This document shows, piece after piece, positions 49,106-63,539 of a stretch of DNA of 64,000 nucleotides (the first letter of the stretch is position 1; the number at the start of each line of letters is the position of its first letter). Origin of the DNA: Enoplolaimus lenunculus. Its lineage: Eukaryota. A model generated the notes under the pieces. It was not told the origin of the DNA and did not search any database. It worked only from the letters and a program-made list of their open reading frames with translations. The translations under genes and the position numbers were made by a program. Where the stretch lies: positions 62,001-126,000 of the forward strand of contig JASANG010001414.1 of NCBI GenBank assembly GCA_030248215.1. The letters run 5' to 3'.

Positions 49106-50509
49106 AAGCAGACGCGGTGATCAAATACAAAACGATAAACAGCCTGTTTATCGCACGCCGTCAATCTGCTACAATAACATTGTGACGCTTCACAAGTTAA
49201 ATGTTCTGGTCACTGTATTTATGTTAATTACTCGTGGATATTGAACGATGTATGGAAAATAGACCGGCAACACATTTTACATGCAAGCTGTAGCTGTAAA
49301 AGCTCTGACTGCAAAAACTAGCACATGTTAATAATATTTCACGCTGTCTACGCACCATTGTGTTGCTTTATAGAAACTATTATTACCAATGTTAACGTTG
49401 TTAGTAGGATCATTTTTCAATTGATGCGCTAGTTATTCTGTATATATCGTGTTTTATATTTTTATTTCTTTTGTTATATTTTCTTATCTTTTGTTAAAAT
49501 TATTCTACAATTGGAATGTAGAAATATGGGGTTTTGTGTTCTAATAGTATAACGTTGCGCAATTGCGTGAGCAGTTTGTAGTAAATCACCGATACGAAGT
49601 ACTCTCTTCGGCCTAGAAACTTATTTTATACGTTGTTGAAGCTTGATTTTCACTTTGTTTGGCCAATGTATAGAATGGGTCAAAACAGTAGTATAAGCAT
49701 AAGCATATTCTTTAACCTAAGCATAAGGATAAACGTATGCCTAAGCGTAAGCAAAAATTAGTCCAACGTTTAAACTGTTGCAGTCCCGCGGAAAACCTGT
49801 CGGTCCCTGATCTATACATAGACCCACCTTTTTGTTATTAGTGCTGATGCTTCGAATCTCACGGTATACTCATTTATTAATATTCTGGAAATAAATTTTT
49901 ATGGAAACACTAAGATATTAATTGCAATATTTGGGCCTACTTGTCCTAACGCCATGACACTGTATTGAATAATGTCCGTATTTGCCAAGCGATACATTTT
50001 AGTAAATTTACGGCTTTCAATTTGGTATGAGAGCGTTTCGCTGTTGGATTCTCAGATCCTTCCCTAGTTATGCGGGATTGACATTATTGTCCCATGTTGA
50101 CTTGTCGTCAACATTAAAATTCGGGCTCTGATATTGGGTCAACCGAAAAAACTCGAACGACATATGACATTAGCTTAAACCACCGCTCTCAAATGTTCAA
50201 CGTGTACGAATCTGCATGTTTACGTGATATTGTGGGACGTTTGTGAATGTCGTCTATTACAAAATTTCAAGCATATAATATTCAACAGGACAATTTGGGT
50301 ATGTTCCTCAAGTATGCAACCATTTGAAAACATGATGGTGAATCACTGTATTCAACCGGTTCGCTCGGTTCAAATAAATCAGATCATTTATGTACACCAA
50401 CAGACATTAGTGCGTTCAGTTAACACGCAGAAGCGACATCACTACACTTTTAACTGGATCCGTTTAACCCTTTCTCACATGAATATTTTCTATTTCACCT
50501 GAGACCTAC

Positions 50510-50581
50510 TTTTATGCTAGGATTCGAACTCCAGTGACTAGAGTGGGAGGCGTATACCATCACCACTCAGCTATAGGAGCT
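50510..50581 (-). mobile_element. tRNA-derived SINE head / tRNA pseudogene
   Basis: Minus strand A box TAGCTGAGTGG and B box GAGTTCGAATCC; no intact cloverleaf. Confidence 0.5.
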
Positions 50582-50814
50582 TGACGCTCGAGCCCGAGGG
50601 GGCTCTCACGTCTTGTGGTAATTTAGTACTATGTATACGTGTTGCAATGGTTAAACAAGGTGCGATATATACTATTTAACGTATATACACTTCGCTGAGT
50701 TGCCTACAGGCAACTCAATGTGAGAAGGGGTTAAAAGTTTCCGACAAAAATTTGTGTGCGTTTCCGTAATGGAAATTACGGAAATCTCCCGTTTTTAGGT
50801 TTATAGCTTAGTGG

Positions 50815-51154
50815 CAAAGTACAACCGAAGGTCTGCCTCCGGCTTCAGCAGAAAATGGGCCTCTGGCTCCGGTAGAATTTTTGCCGGAGGTTCTGGCAAT
50901 TTTGGTAAAAAAAGTTTGCAAAATTTATCTATTTAGCGCGTTTCGTTTTACTTTGTTTACAATTTTCAGGAAGGAATTTCTGAAATTTCGCAGAAAATTA
51001 GCGTAAAACCAAACAACTTAACAACATATTGCAGATATTGGCTAAACTTAACTAATTAACCATCATTTTTACCACCTAATTTTGCCTCACCTCCAGCGAC
51101 GGCAAGTTTCGTTGACTTCCGGCTCCGGTATTTTTCAACTTCGGTTACACCCTG
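50815..51154. mobile_element. hAT-type MITE (CCGGCT family)
   Basis: Ends CAAAGTACAACCGAAG / TTCGGTTACACCCTG; TSD CTTAGTGG / CTTAGTTG (7/8); homologous to 33286-33630. Confidence 0.75.
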
Positions 51155-51452
51155 CTTAGTTGTAAATCGCCTATAACTCATTCAACTTTTGATTATATAT
51201 CTACTGCAATTGCTTGACTGGAAATGAACGCTGACGAAATTCATACAAAAACCTAACCATTTAATTAGAAAGCCGAATAGATGCTAGTATGTGGCAATAT
51301 TGGCACGATTCCGATATTTTTACCATAAGTTTATACTCTGTTTCAAAGCCAGGAAAATATCAAACCCAACTTTTCCAGCTAGATTTTTGCTTTCAACGGT
51401 ATTTTTTAAAATTTCCTTATTCTCACGATCAACGAAACTGTCATAATCAACT

Positions 51453-54400
51453 CTAAAATTTAAACTGTTTATATACTTTTTGCGCTTTTGCATCAGTTTG
51501 TGCTTTCCGCTTTCTCTGAAACAAAAACAATTACAGTGTAAATAAAGCGGTCTGGAATATCTTACAATATTGTATACTAAATCAAAAGTCGTCAAGTGTA
51601 AGGCGCATACAATACAATTACTTTGCTAACTTTACTGCGTTAAATGTGTTCATTTAATGTATGTTAAAAGACACTAACCCAGCACCAAACAGGCCGAAAA
51701 TATTTAATTCAACGTACCTTTTGTTTCGCTGAATGTTCTGCAATCATATCTGACAAATCTTCGTCTTTGCCAAGTTGTTGCTCTTTCAACTTTTCTTCAT
51801 ATTTAGCTGTCATTGCTGCTGTGTTCGCGAGATCGAGTTCTTCCGGGTTTAATGCAACCTCAACTCCACCAGCATCTGTCGATCGGGTTGCGTCCATCAT
51901 TGCGTCTCCCACAACGCCTGCTTTTTTCGGCAACGCCTGAAACTGCTATTTGGAATTGAAAAATGTTTTAGTGCCTTACCCCAAAGCCAATTGTGGCAAT
52001 GATTTATATACAAATGACGGCGCCGACAGAGAAACAACTATTTCGCCGATATATATGTTTGTATGCGTGAAAATATAAGAAAAAACGCTGTGTTCAAAAA
52101 TTCGCAATACTTATTAAAGTGACCAATCGGAATCATGTTCGAAGTTATTTGATTTTAATTTGTTGTAATTATCTACCTCCACTCAATTTGTAACACGTCA
52201 TATTTTCCAAAATAACTTTTTTGTTCAACCCTCTTAAATCGCAAAATAAAAAAACCTACCGCATTTATGTCGTACACGTGGCTTGAATGCATAAACGCTC
52301 CAGCAACCTTGTCAACTTTCTTTTCTGGTAACACAGTAAACAACGCTGGGGTTTCGCCACTAAAATTCAAAAACTATTAAATAAAAACGAAACAAGATAA
52401 AACTTTTAGTCGCCAAAAATTTTTCGAACACAAAAAACGGAGAATCTGATGGCACAAAATTACGTAAAAAATGAATGCATTAAATGTAAACTATATCATA
52501 TCGATGTTGAACTTCAAGTTTAATGAAGTAAACTCAGTCTCGAACAACCATGTAAAGATCCATACCCTTCCATTTCTAGCTGTGTTTTCTTTTTCCTAAA
52601 CTCGATAGTATCAGGAGTTTCCATTCCAGCTGTAACAGACGACGACAAACCACTTGGAGTAATGAGTCTACAACCAAAAAATATTACTACATTAGAATAG
52701 TATTTAGGGCCGTAATGTTTATTTGAACCATAGTTTGAGAACAATAGACCACCTAGCAACAAACTCCACTATTGTGAAATCACAAACAATCAGCAATATA
52801 AACCCCTTCTCTAATTATTTTCATACATTTCTGCAAGTGAGCAAGTGTGACATAATATTTTAGAATATAATGTATTCCACCAACGAATTTTCGTAAAACC
52901 CCGACCTCCTTGTATCCTTTTCCTTCTACAGTTGTGACAATCCCAGTCTCATCTACAAGTCCTGCTAGTTCAAACGCCGCCAACTAACAAATCTAACAAT
53001 TACGTAGTTAAAAAAGTCCAGCAATCAAGGATGAAGTTTTCGACTCAAGCTACCCAGAAAAATACTTTCAAAACCTTGCCATGATTGTTTTTGTTCAATG
53101 ATATAATGCATCGTTCACTAAAAAATTTCATTTTATTACCGAAAATTCTATAGATAGAGTTACACGTGTCAATTTTGAAAAAAATCGTTCGTTAACCATA
53201 TCCCAACGCAAAACTTCCGTTAACCCTACCCTTACACATGTTACAGCCCTATCCTAATACGTGTCACGGAGCATTTCGCAACACGCTTTAGGGTAGTGTT
53301 AACGCAATATTGCCTTATGATAGGGTTAACGTATAACAATTTTGAAATTTGACACGTGTTAACTCTACCTTTTACTGTTTTCTTTGGCACAATAAATTTT
53401 TCATTGTAAACGATGCACAAGCATGCATTGCCAGTCTCCACCAACGAAATAACATAAAACCTGACCTTGTATTCTTACCCTTCAGCAGATGTGACAATCC
53501 CAGTCTCATTTGGATGTCTTGCTGGTTCAAACGCTGACAGTCAGAACGTTTAAAAATTCTGCTACTATCCAATCTCAAACGATCAAGGTAATTCTCTCTA
53601 GTCATGTGTCACGCTAAACTCTCATGATTCTGCCCACCCTTATTTACCCTTCTGCTGGTGTGACAATTCCAGTCTCATCTGGATGTCCAGCGGGTCCACC
53701 CGTTGTATCACCCGTTTCTACAGCTTCGTCCGCGTCAGAGTCGTCTTCAGATTCATCTTCGCTTTCTGATTCTAGCTCACCCCATAGCGTTCGGTCAATA
53801 TCATCATCTAATTGATGTCGCTGCAAGCAAAGATACAATAAATTTTACCTCGTTTCCGTTATAGTTTCACACACGCTAATCAGAACAAACCATCAATATA
53901 TGCCCTTGTACACATTTCACCCCGAGTTAAAAGCTAAGAGTAATGTCAAACCTAGTAGTTGAAAGTTAATTAAATGATAGTAAATTTTTTACAATCTTTC
54001 CGCAATACAGTCCCACACTAATATTTTCAACACGTAAGACTACCATTAATGATTTCTGTTCTACGCCAAAAACGTCACCATATAGCGCACGTCCTTGCTC
54101 GTCCACTGGAGGTTTGCCCCAGCCACCTGAGTGATAACCAAATGAACAAGACTGAAATTAATACAAAACCCAAACACTAGCATCATCCCACATTAAGCGC
54201 ATCGAAACACAGCTCTATTTAAAACTCTTTATGCAAAAACAGCAACAACTTCTTACATAGACCAGAAAAAAATTAATGGTTTAGAAGTAGAATTTTCAAA
54301 CGGTTTTCTTTTACTGACACAAAATGCGACAGAATATTTGAGCCGCAAATTTGACGCAAGTTCGACGTTTAGTGTTTTCGGATATATAAGCCATTCGGAA

Positions 54401-57400
54401 ACTCGTTTACTTACTTATTTACTCACTCATACGTCTTTAATTAGGCTTTGACTTCGACTAACTAACAAACTACACCTACTTCAGGAATAGGCGCATTAAG
54501 ACCAGGAATCCGCAAGTTCGGGTACGATGGTGGGGGACCATAACGTTGCATTGCGATTAACCATGGCGGCGGATAATTGTTCATGTTCTAAAAAACATTA
54601 AATGATATTCCATTTTGATCAATGATTAAAAAAGCTTCCAAATGATTAACAATATTAAGCAATAATTTCCTGCATTACTGTTGTGATTTCGCTTTGTGTG
54701 ACACGCCGATAACAATGGCTATGGTTGTCCGAAAACTCAATTTTCAATGTACATCTATATGATATCATAACTACAGTACAGTTAGGACTGAATCACCACG
54801 AGTGACTGTGACTGAGCACGTTTGCTTGAATGACACGCATATTTTTGCTTTTCAAATTAATTCAATTGTATGCCAATGTACTTAATTTAATTCTGTTTGT
54901 GGGTACCATACAAAACTCTATATACAATATAAAAGAAACGTAAATCAGACGCTTACCGCACCAATAGGCATGCCCAAAGCAACTCTAAGGTCGTCAGACA
55001 ACTCTCCTGGTTTCTTTTCACGCATCTTGGTTTCAGTTTCTTTACCCTGTTGAAAGATTAATATTTCTATAGTAATCATATGAATGAACATTATTTTTTT
55101 GGTTTGGATACTAGGGAAACAACCCAGAGAGATTCTGTGTGATTACCTATTGTGAATTTGATAACGAGTCGATTGCTGTTGATATTACTCCTTCACCGAG
55201 TTAAAAAATAAAACATTTAGCGTGACGAACTGCGAAAAATTATCATTATTCATTTAGTCTCACTAGACTTCGAAACTTCACCGTAGTAACTCTGCTTACT
55301 TCGTAGTAAAGTTCTCCGAGCGGCAGCATATGAGGCTTTGTCTGCCATCTGGAAACAGAAAACACACTTTGCCTGTACCACACATTTGACGCTTGACGAA
55401 GAGCCATAGCAGTAATGCCAGTAATAAAAATCTGTTTATAAGACTAGTTATGTTCCGATACCAAAATCTTTGCCGATTCTTATTTTGAAATTTTGCGAAT
55501 TCCGATTGAAAATGTAGCACGTGACGCTTCAGAGAACGAAAATATAGTACGCGACGCTTCAGAGAACGGTTAGGATTGGTATATTACATAAGTTATTATA
55601 AACACAAAAACTTTAAACCCCACGTCCGTAAACCATTGTGCGACCGGATATCCGGCTCCGGTCAAAAATCGATATTCGGCTACGGCATTTTAACCTGCCG
55701 AACGTTTTTTAAAAACTTCAAAAACTGAAACCATCATTTGTATTTATTCCAACTATCATGGAACGGATTAACTTACTTTTACATATTTTTTTCTCTCATA
55801 CAAGTAATGTAAATGTTTGCAGGTGCCCGTGTACCTTCACAATCTTGATTGGGTTAAAATAACGCTGGAAATCATAATAAAGATAACCAGCGTTATTTTA
55901 GGGACGTACAGTGTCTCAGAGTCTCCTTATTCTTAGCCCAAACTTCAGGATAAAAAGAAATTTAAAACTAAACATAATCGAAAAATAATAGCCTTAATCT
56001 GAAGCCACCCCTATATTAAAGAATATAGGGAAAAATGGGCCAAACAAGTATTGCAACTGAACGTAGCGCTACAAAAACATAGAATAGTGGAATAGAGTCA
56101 TTGTTAAAGTCATCAAAGCGCAACGGCGTGAGATACTAAGTTTTGCCACGTAGACTCCTCAAATACCTGAGGCCATGGAAAAAATAACTGTTAGCTACGT
56201 TCTGATTTTTGAATGGCATTTAACAGATTTGAATTAAATATCCGGCTCTGGAAAGTGAAAAGATATTAAAATTTCCGCCCCCGCATTTTTGGTATCCGGT
56301 CACATTCTGGTAGCGATGACTCGGCACATCCAAAACCAACCAGAATACCATTCCGCAAGTCGTAACTATTTTAAAATGCTAAAAACCAAAATTACCGGAT
56401 GACGTTGCACTATATCAACTTACCATACGAAAAAACAAAACCCCAGCTTACCTGAAAAACGCATCATGTAATTTCTGATAGTCGATATCAATTTTGCCCA
56501 ATTTCGGTCGAATCTTTTCGCGCATTTTCGCCTTCATCGCTTTTTGATCTTCTTTTTCAGTCAGTGCTGCGCGCATTTCCATGATGCCAGTCTTTTTAAT
56601 GAAGTCGGGTAGCTCAAACGGAGGTTTTTCAATTCCACGCTTTCCGGCTAAATATTTTCGCTTGAAGCACCAATGACGGGGCACTGGTACTGTATTTCTT
56701 GTAGCCTAAAATATACACATGTATTTATAAGAGCTTCAGCGATGTAAACAAAGGCCCAGCAACTAGAAATGAACTAAAGTTTGTTCAATTATAGCAATTT
56801 CAAATGTCTTTTTAACGGGTGATTAACACACAGACACGAGCGCTTTCTGCTCGGTGACTTCAAGCGGTGGAACACGAAGTATATTTCCGAATTTTATAAA
56901 AACAATTGGAAAAGTGTTTTCAATAATTTGTTCAACTTAGCAGCTAATATTGTGTCGCTACAACAACAAAGTTTATGCTGCTCTTTGAATGAACTAACCT
57001 TTAAATGAACTAGAAGTGTTGGATCCTTTGCTGTGACATCATGCCACTCAACAACATCTGGTCGAGTAACTTTCTAAAATTATGTACAACGCAGCATGAA
57101 ATGAAAATTTTTCATGGAAGGCATCCAATCTACACACGACTCAGGACTTAAAATGTGCTCAGGAAAATGACATTATTCTGACTGATTTCCAGTTATAAAT
57201 ACTAGTTTAAACTTAACTAACGAAAACAGTAATAAAATATGAATTTCTTCTTTGCGCTATTAACGATTATAACATTTTGACTGCCATTCACCTAGAACGG
57301 AACTTAATTACCCTCTTTAGTTCAGCTTACGTTCGTCACAAAAACAGCTTAAGCTTTCTTATTTTACGTTTCACATAGTTGTGAGTCTTCAGATAGTATC

Positions 57401-60400
57401 CTTCATTTGTTAGCCTCCACTTATTCCTGTCACATGAAACATTTTAAACAACAAAGCCAATGACAAAAGCGAAAACTAACTGATTTCAGCTCAGCAATGC
57501 TCGGTCTTGTCATCATCTTCCATTTTTTCTTCGACATCCTCGACGGATCTCGTTCGTTTTCTTTATTTCGATTCTAAAACAAACTCTAAAACTATGATAT
57601 CGAGTGGGGATTGAATACATGCTCGTTGCTAGCGGTGGGTTTAGCAGGTACTAAACAATTCGCGTGACTACAGCTTGAACGACCGCAGACATTACAGAAT
57701 AGCCAAACCGGATAGCGAATGTTCTGTAAAATCCGCGTCACATATCAACTAAATTTCTTCTCATGGGCTCACCTGTTTTTTGAACTTGCCTTGACTTAAA
57801 ACGCTCGACTGCTGAAGCTAATATGTGAGTATGTACTTTGAAACAGAAATTCGCTTACAGTATCTATCTATCAAACAACATGATGTAAAAAAATATAAAC
57901 GTCACGCGTCGGCAAAACGTTGGGGATACCACATTTACCTTATTTCGTTTATTATATTTGACCCATACAGCTTTCATCCCCAAAGAAACATACTCTCCTC
58001 TTTCACTACTAACATCGTTTATGACTTGCATTTTCACACACGGTGAAAGGTTCAATAAAAATTCCGCGGACAGGTATTGTAAGACAAGGAATAACTTGTC
58101 AACTGTCATCATTCCGCTATTGTGTTGAAAATGCCTTAATGTGCCAGTGTCAGTTAAATGCGCATATAGTTTTGCATTTGCGCAACCCTGTGGCCAATTG
58201 GCCGCCTGTCTGCCGAGGAACGTGTGTGATTTGCTACATCGCATGAACACATTATTTCATTCTTACCTCATCGTCATCCTCATCATCTTCCAGCAACGCA
58301 TCCCGCTCTTCGTGTTGCGCGCCAGTCTTTTGCGTTTTTTCTGCCGCAGCACTGGCTTCATTAGCAGCGTTAGCCTCGCTCTGCTCGGGTTCAAGTTTCA
58401 CTTCAACTGGTTTTTCTTTCAGCTGCAACAAAAATTAACTCATGCTAGTTTACACCACACTTCAATAATGCAGACATACGTAAGTGCTGCTTATGCGACC
58501 AATATCTTTATATTACTACTAATCTAACACATCAGATTAGTTCGTAGCGCAGCGTTCTTTGTATAAACGTTAGCGAAATAACAAAAAATTCGTTATGTCA
58601 ACTCTGCATTTTTATTTACTATCTACAACGAAGGAATGACCTACATATCGTTCACAACACAACAGCAACCAAAAAACCCGCTAACCTTAAATGCTTCGAA
58701 AATTTTAGTAAACAAGTAATAGTTCGGGTCGTTTGTATTCACAAGACTTTCGTCAGGAACGTACCTAAAATAATGTTGACACACAGTGACAGGTATTAAA
58801 TACGACCGGTTTATAACTCCCATACATTCAGCAACTAAATATTGGTGTGATGCACTTTCACATTCACATCGGTTAATGGCTGTACGCGTGTTATGAACAT
58901 GAACGTGACATTTTATATAAGCGCGTCACCATTGCGTAGCCACCATTTTATGCTTATACATTTTACTATTTATTGCAATCTTTTTATGGTCACAAATAAA
59001 TAAACAAATGAACAAAAGAAACTTCTATTTTTATATGAACAAATCAGACATAACCCTCAACTCACTCAATCTCAACATTATCAGTTTCTGCGGGCTCTGT
59101 TGGTTCTATGGACGACGATGACGCGTAACCTGATGTATCTCCAGTTGTTGCAGCCGTCTCTTTTTCAATAATCTTACGTAACAGTTCTTCTCGGCGGCGT
59201 TGTTTCGATCGTTTCTTTTTCTGCCGTTTTTTCTGATTTTTCTGAAGTGAAATTACTGCCGCGTAATAATAGTACCAGATAACCATATTACAGGTTGCGT
59301 TACATATCATGTCGTATTTGGTAAAAGGCAATGCGCTAAAGCCAAAGAATAGAACCTACTATTTGCGCCGCTAAAGAAAAATGAATTATGGATATATACA
59401 AAAACAAAACAAATATTTGATGTTATATATGCCTTAAACTGCGGCTAGTGTTGGCCGAAACTAATTTATTCCTTAACTGTTTGGAATTACATGATTCTGC
59501 GTAATCTTTCGAGCCATTAAACGGCAAAAACTAGCCTAAGTTTCTGAAACAGTTTCTGATGCAATGCTAAGCGCTAGCCTCCGATGATTTAGTATTAGTA
59601 CATACCATTTTTTGTTTAATCTGTTTTTCGTCAGGCCCACCACTCGTTTGAGTATCTTCATCACTGGAATCTTCGGAAATTTCGTCACCTGCTGCAGTTT
59701 TATCATCGAAACTTTCCACTTCTGTTCGATTTGAGTCTTCCATTACTTTATCGATTTCGGCTGTAAAAGTTCGGTGAGCAAAAGGAAGTTGGCTATACAG
59801 GGTACAACTTAATATTAGGTATGTGCCTTTTCGTGAATATCAGCAACGGCATCGACACTGCAAAAAATTGCCGATTCTTTGCCGATACATTCTGCACGTA
59901 ACAATCATCTGTACGAAACAATCAGTTGGAACGCTATCAATTTCATTTCTGGGCGCATATCAGTGTGTCTCCTCAGTCTCATAAAATTAGAATCGTTCGT
60001 GATGGTTAGGGGTTAAGTCTTCATATAATGATGCAATGTAGTATTCTATCTGTTTTAAGCATGGTGTACTAAAGTTGGAATCTTCATCGGTAAAATTTCA
60101 AAAGAAGAATCGGCATCGACAAAAATTTTGGTACCGGCACATCCTTATTTAAAACAAAATGACCTTTAAAAATAACGTTCCGAAAGCTTATTTCTTTAAA
60201 TCATAAAGTGAAACAATACAGTAATTTTACATATTTTTCGTCTATTAAACTTATGAATATAATTTCCCAGGAACACGTACACCGTATCACCTAATCGAAT
60301 AATGATATAATCTAAATGCTTACCAATTTCGCTCGGTTTTATCCCTATTTCTTTAGCACGCTTTTCCATGAGCGATAATGCATTTTCCATGGCTTCCGGA

Positions 60401-61983
60401 AAATCTGACTTGTTGATTCCCTTAAAGATGAGTATGAACATGAATAAAATATTTAGTAACTGAAGTTCTGTTTCTGAATATTTGTGGAGATAAAACCGGA
60501 ATAAGATCAACACCTTGCTTAAGTATTTACTTAAGTTATATTTAAGTATATACTTAAGTCGCCGACTTAAGTAAATACTTAAATTTTCGAGCAAAAACAA
60601 ATAAACGCCAAGCATCAGCCACTGTCATAACAAGAAAGTAATAGTTTTGCTTTATATTGAGGAAGGACCAATAGTCTACGATTTCAATTCGACCAAGATT
60701 AGTATGCCTGAATGGTAAATTTGTAATTTATCAAATTTAGCCAGCGGCTTAAGTATTTACTTAACTTAAGTACGCTTTTAAAAACAACGAAATGGTTATG
60801 TAATTACTTAGCACGTATTTAAGTACTAAATTGTACTTAAGTAGGGTTTGGAAACCCAGCCCGTAAGTGCTAAATATATGACAGATATAAACGAAACATA
60901 TACCTACAAATTTCCATCTTAAAAATGCAATACATATATAACCGAGAACAAACACACCTTAGCTAAAACTTAAACCAGATGTTTCCCGTGCGTCGTCATT
61001 ACGGCTAGACCTAGCGAAACAAATTTCCATCTCAAAACTGCAATACATATATATAACGGAGAGCAAAAGCATCTTAGCTAAAACTTACCTGTCCTTTATT
61101 ATTTGAATCAGGTGTTTCCCGTGTGTCGTCATTACGGTTACTGTCATTTGATCCAGGGCGACCACTATCTCGATTTCCCCTACCTGTACCCATACTGCCA
61201 CGACTGCCGCCTCCATAAGTTCCGCGAAAACTTCCGAAAGAGTTCCCACTTCCGGAGGGTCCCCGACCGCGTGCGCCACTACCTCGACCATAATGCCTAA
61301 ACCAGAAAATCAAATTTCATGTACTAATATTATAAATAACCCGACGCTACACAACTTTAAAAGCCTTCGCAACATAGTTATTTTACTCTCAAACAAACAG
61401 ATACGCTAATTATACATTTCTTGTTGGTATTTCTTCTGGTCACACTATGCCTTCAAAATGGTATAAACGCTAAATTACAAATATTTCCACCACAGAAATG
61501 CCGATTAATTGCCATCGGTAATATAGGCACTTCTAATGAATATCGGTAGCGGCATCCGCACTGCAGAAAATTGCCGATTCTTTGCCGATTCTTTTCGAAT
61601 ATAGCATTAGCAGCGAGTTAAAACGATTTAAATTTCACTTGGTGGCTTATAGCAGTGCGTTTGATCATGAAACAATGCTGTTCTTTGCCTTTGTGATTGC
61701 AACAAATCGCAACAAATCGATTGAAACGAACAGCGCTCTTGGTAGTATAAATTGTAATAGTTTATATATAATTTTTAAATGTAAAATTTTCACGATTATA
61801 ATCATGCAATTTAGTAATCCCAGAGCTTCTCTTGCGTGGTCATTCATGTACTAAGCCTAGTATTGGCATCGGCACAATTTCAAATGGAGAATGGCATCGG
61901 CACATCCCCTACCTTGGATGCAGGTAGTGATACAACCGCAACTCTTGCACTTAGATATTGACAAATACTTACCTAGTGTCCAT
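51453..61983 (-). CDS. SF3B2: Splicing factor 3B subunit 2 (SAP145/Cus1), multi-exon
   Basis: Exons encode PDVVEWHDVTAKDPTLLVHLK (57000-57075), TRNTVPVPRHWCFKRKYLAGKRGIEKPPFELPDFIKKTGI...KIDIDYQKLHDAFF, WQTKP...GELYYE, GKETE...KKPGELSDDLRVALGMP, PPPWLIAMQRYGPPPSYPNLRIPGLNAPIPE, FGYHSGGWGKPPVDEQGRALYGDVFG, GMETPDTIEFRKK, and the C-terminus YKQFKF* (51453). The start (MDTR|HYGRGSG, 61983) is inferred from splice phase. Confidence 0.94.
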
Positions 61984-63009
61984 GATTCAATCCAAAATGC
62001 AACAATTAAACTAATAAACTGCGCAATATATGCACAAACACATACGAATTAACTTATAGCTATATAACCTTACAGCTTATTCTGCAACAAACAAATTAAA
62101 ACTCATTCAATTTGCTAGTTAAACGCATAAACCGAAATAACTGGCTAAAGAATAAAACTGAAGATCTGGATTCTTACCAGTTTCCCGGACTCGAAATTGT
62201 TACCGGAGCCGAGTCCGCCACCGGTACTACTAACAGGGGCCAAAGAATATTCTGTAAGAATGTATTTTGTTTTGTTAAAATAGATGTTTATTGCAACGAC
62301 AATCATGGTTTTCAAGTCAAAATGACCGTGAACCATGTGTGCAGACGGAGCTTTTTTTAGATTGCAGTATTGTTGGTAGTGTAGTGTAAAAGTAGTTTTG
62401 CCATTATATATATAGGATACTATACATGATATGTTAAATAATGGCACACACAATTTCAAGCCGCATAACTTTAGTTGATTTTTGTTAAAGAGTTTAATTT
62501 TGTCATAAAAAAGTTACTGGCTCCAAGCAAAACCATGTCAGAACGACCGCGAACCATGTTTGCAGACGGAGCTTTTTTCAGTTTGCAGCATTATTGGTAG
62601 TGTAGTGTAAAAGTAATTTTGTCATTTATTGTATCGCTAATAATCTTGTTTGAAGCACTCTTGGCAATTATTTTTATTCGGCACGATGAACCAAAAAAAT
62701 TAGAGACAAGTCAGAAAATGACACCAAAACGAATCAAAATTCAAACCAAACTTTTTAGGTTGAACATTTTGCATGAAATTTATTTCGAAAAAATCAATTT
62801 CCACGACAACTGTAAAATTTTATTACCAATTGATAGTTTGCAATTCAAGACGTGAGCTCGCAGCTTTGCTAAACAATCTGTACAAACAGCATCTGTGCGA
62901 AAATGTCACCATTTTCCTCATATTTTGGAACAGTACAGGTATCTAAAACTTCAACCTGGCAACAAGAAATTTTGTACAAATTTCGGATGTGCTTGAAATT
63001 CTTCAACCT

Positions 63010-63477
63010 TAATTCCGGTTTCGGTTCCGGCATTTTTCACCTTCCTGTTCCGGTTCCGGTAAAATTTTACCGGAATTAATAATTCCGGTATTAAAATTTG
63101 GTAGATCGAAATCGGGGTGCAATCTGAATTCCGATTCCGATTAGAATCAATTCAAAACAAGTTCCGATTCCGATTCCGATTGCACAATCAATCGTATATG
63201 AATTTCCACATTTTAATTTTAGATCTACTTGTTGTGATATGTTGTATAAAAACTCTGCATCATTTATCTATTGCTTTCGATAATTGCCGAAAATAAACCA
63301 TCGAAGGAAGAAGTGAACACCCAGTTCCAACTAGAGTTATTTATTTCACCAATAACATTGCACAAAAGAAAATTAAAATGAATTTTTCGGTGACATGTAT
63401 TTTTCATTTTCCGGTTCCGTTTCCCGTAATTTTTTCAAACTCCGGTTCCGGTAAATTGTAATTCCGGCTGCACCCTG
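63010..63477. mobile_element. Composite hAT-like MITE fragments related to 10048-10660
   Basis: Terminal CCGGCTGCACCCTG at 63464-63477; TTCCGA repeats at 63129-63182; blocks shared with 10100-10440. Confidence 0.55.
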
Positions 63478-63539
63478 GTTGGAATATAATTGGAGTTGCT
63501 TGTTGGAGTTGTGTTTATTTTGGAGTTAAATATTAGCGT

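Noticed and set aside
62330..62625. ~75-bp direct repeat pair upstream of SF3B2
   Set aside because: Real duplication but no evidence of function; likely repeat-element debris.
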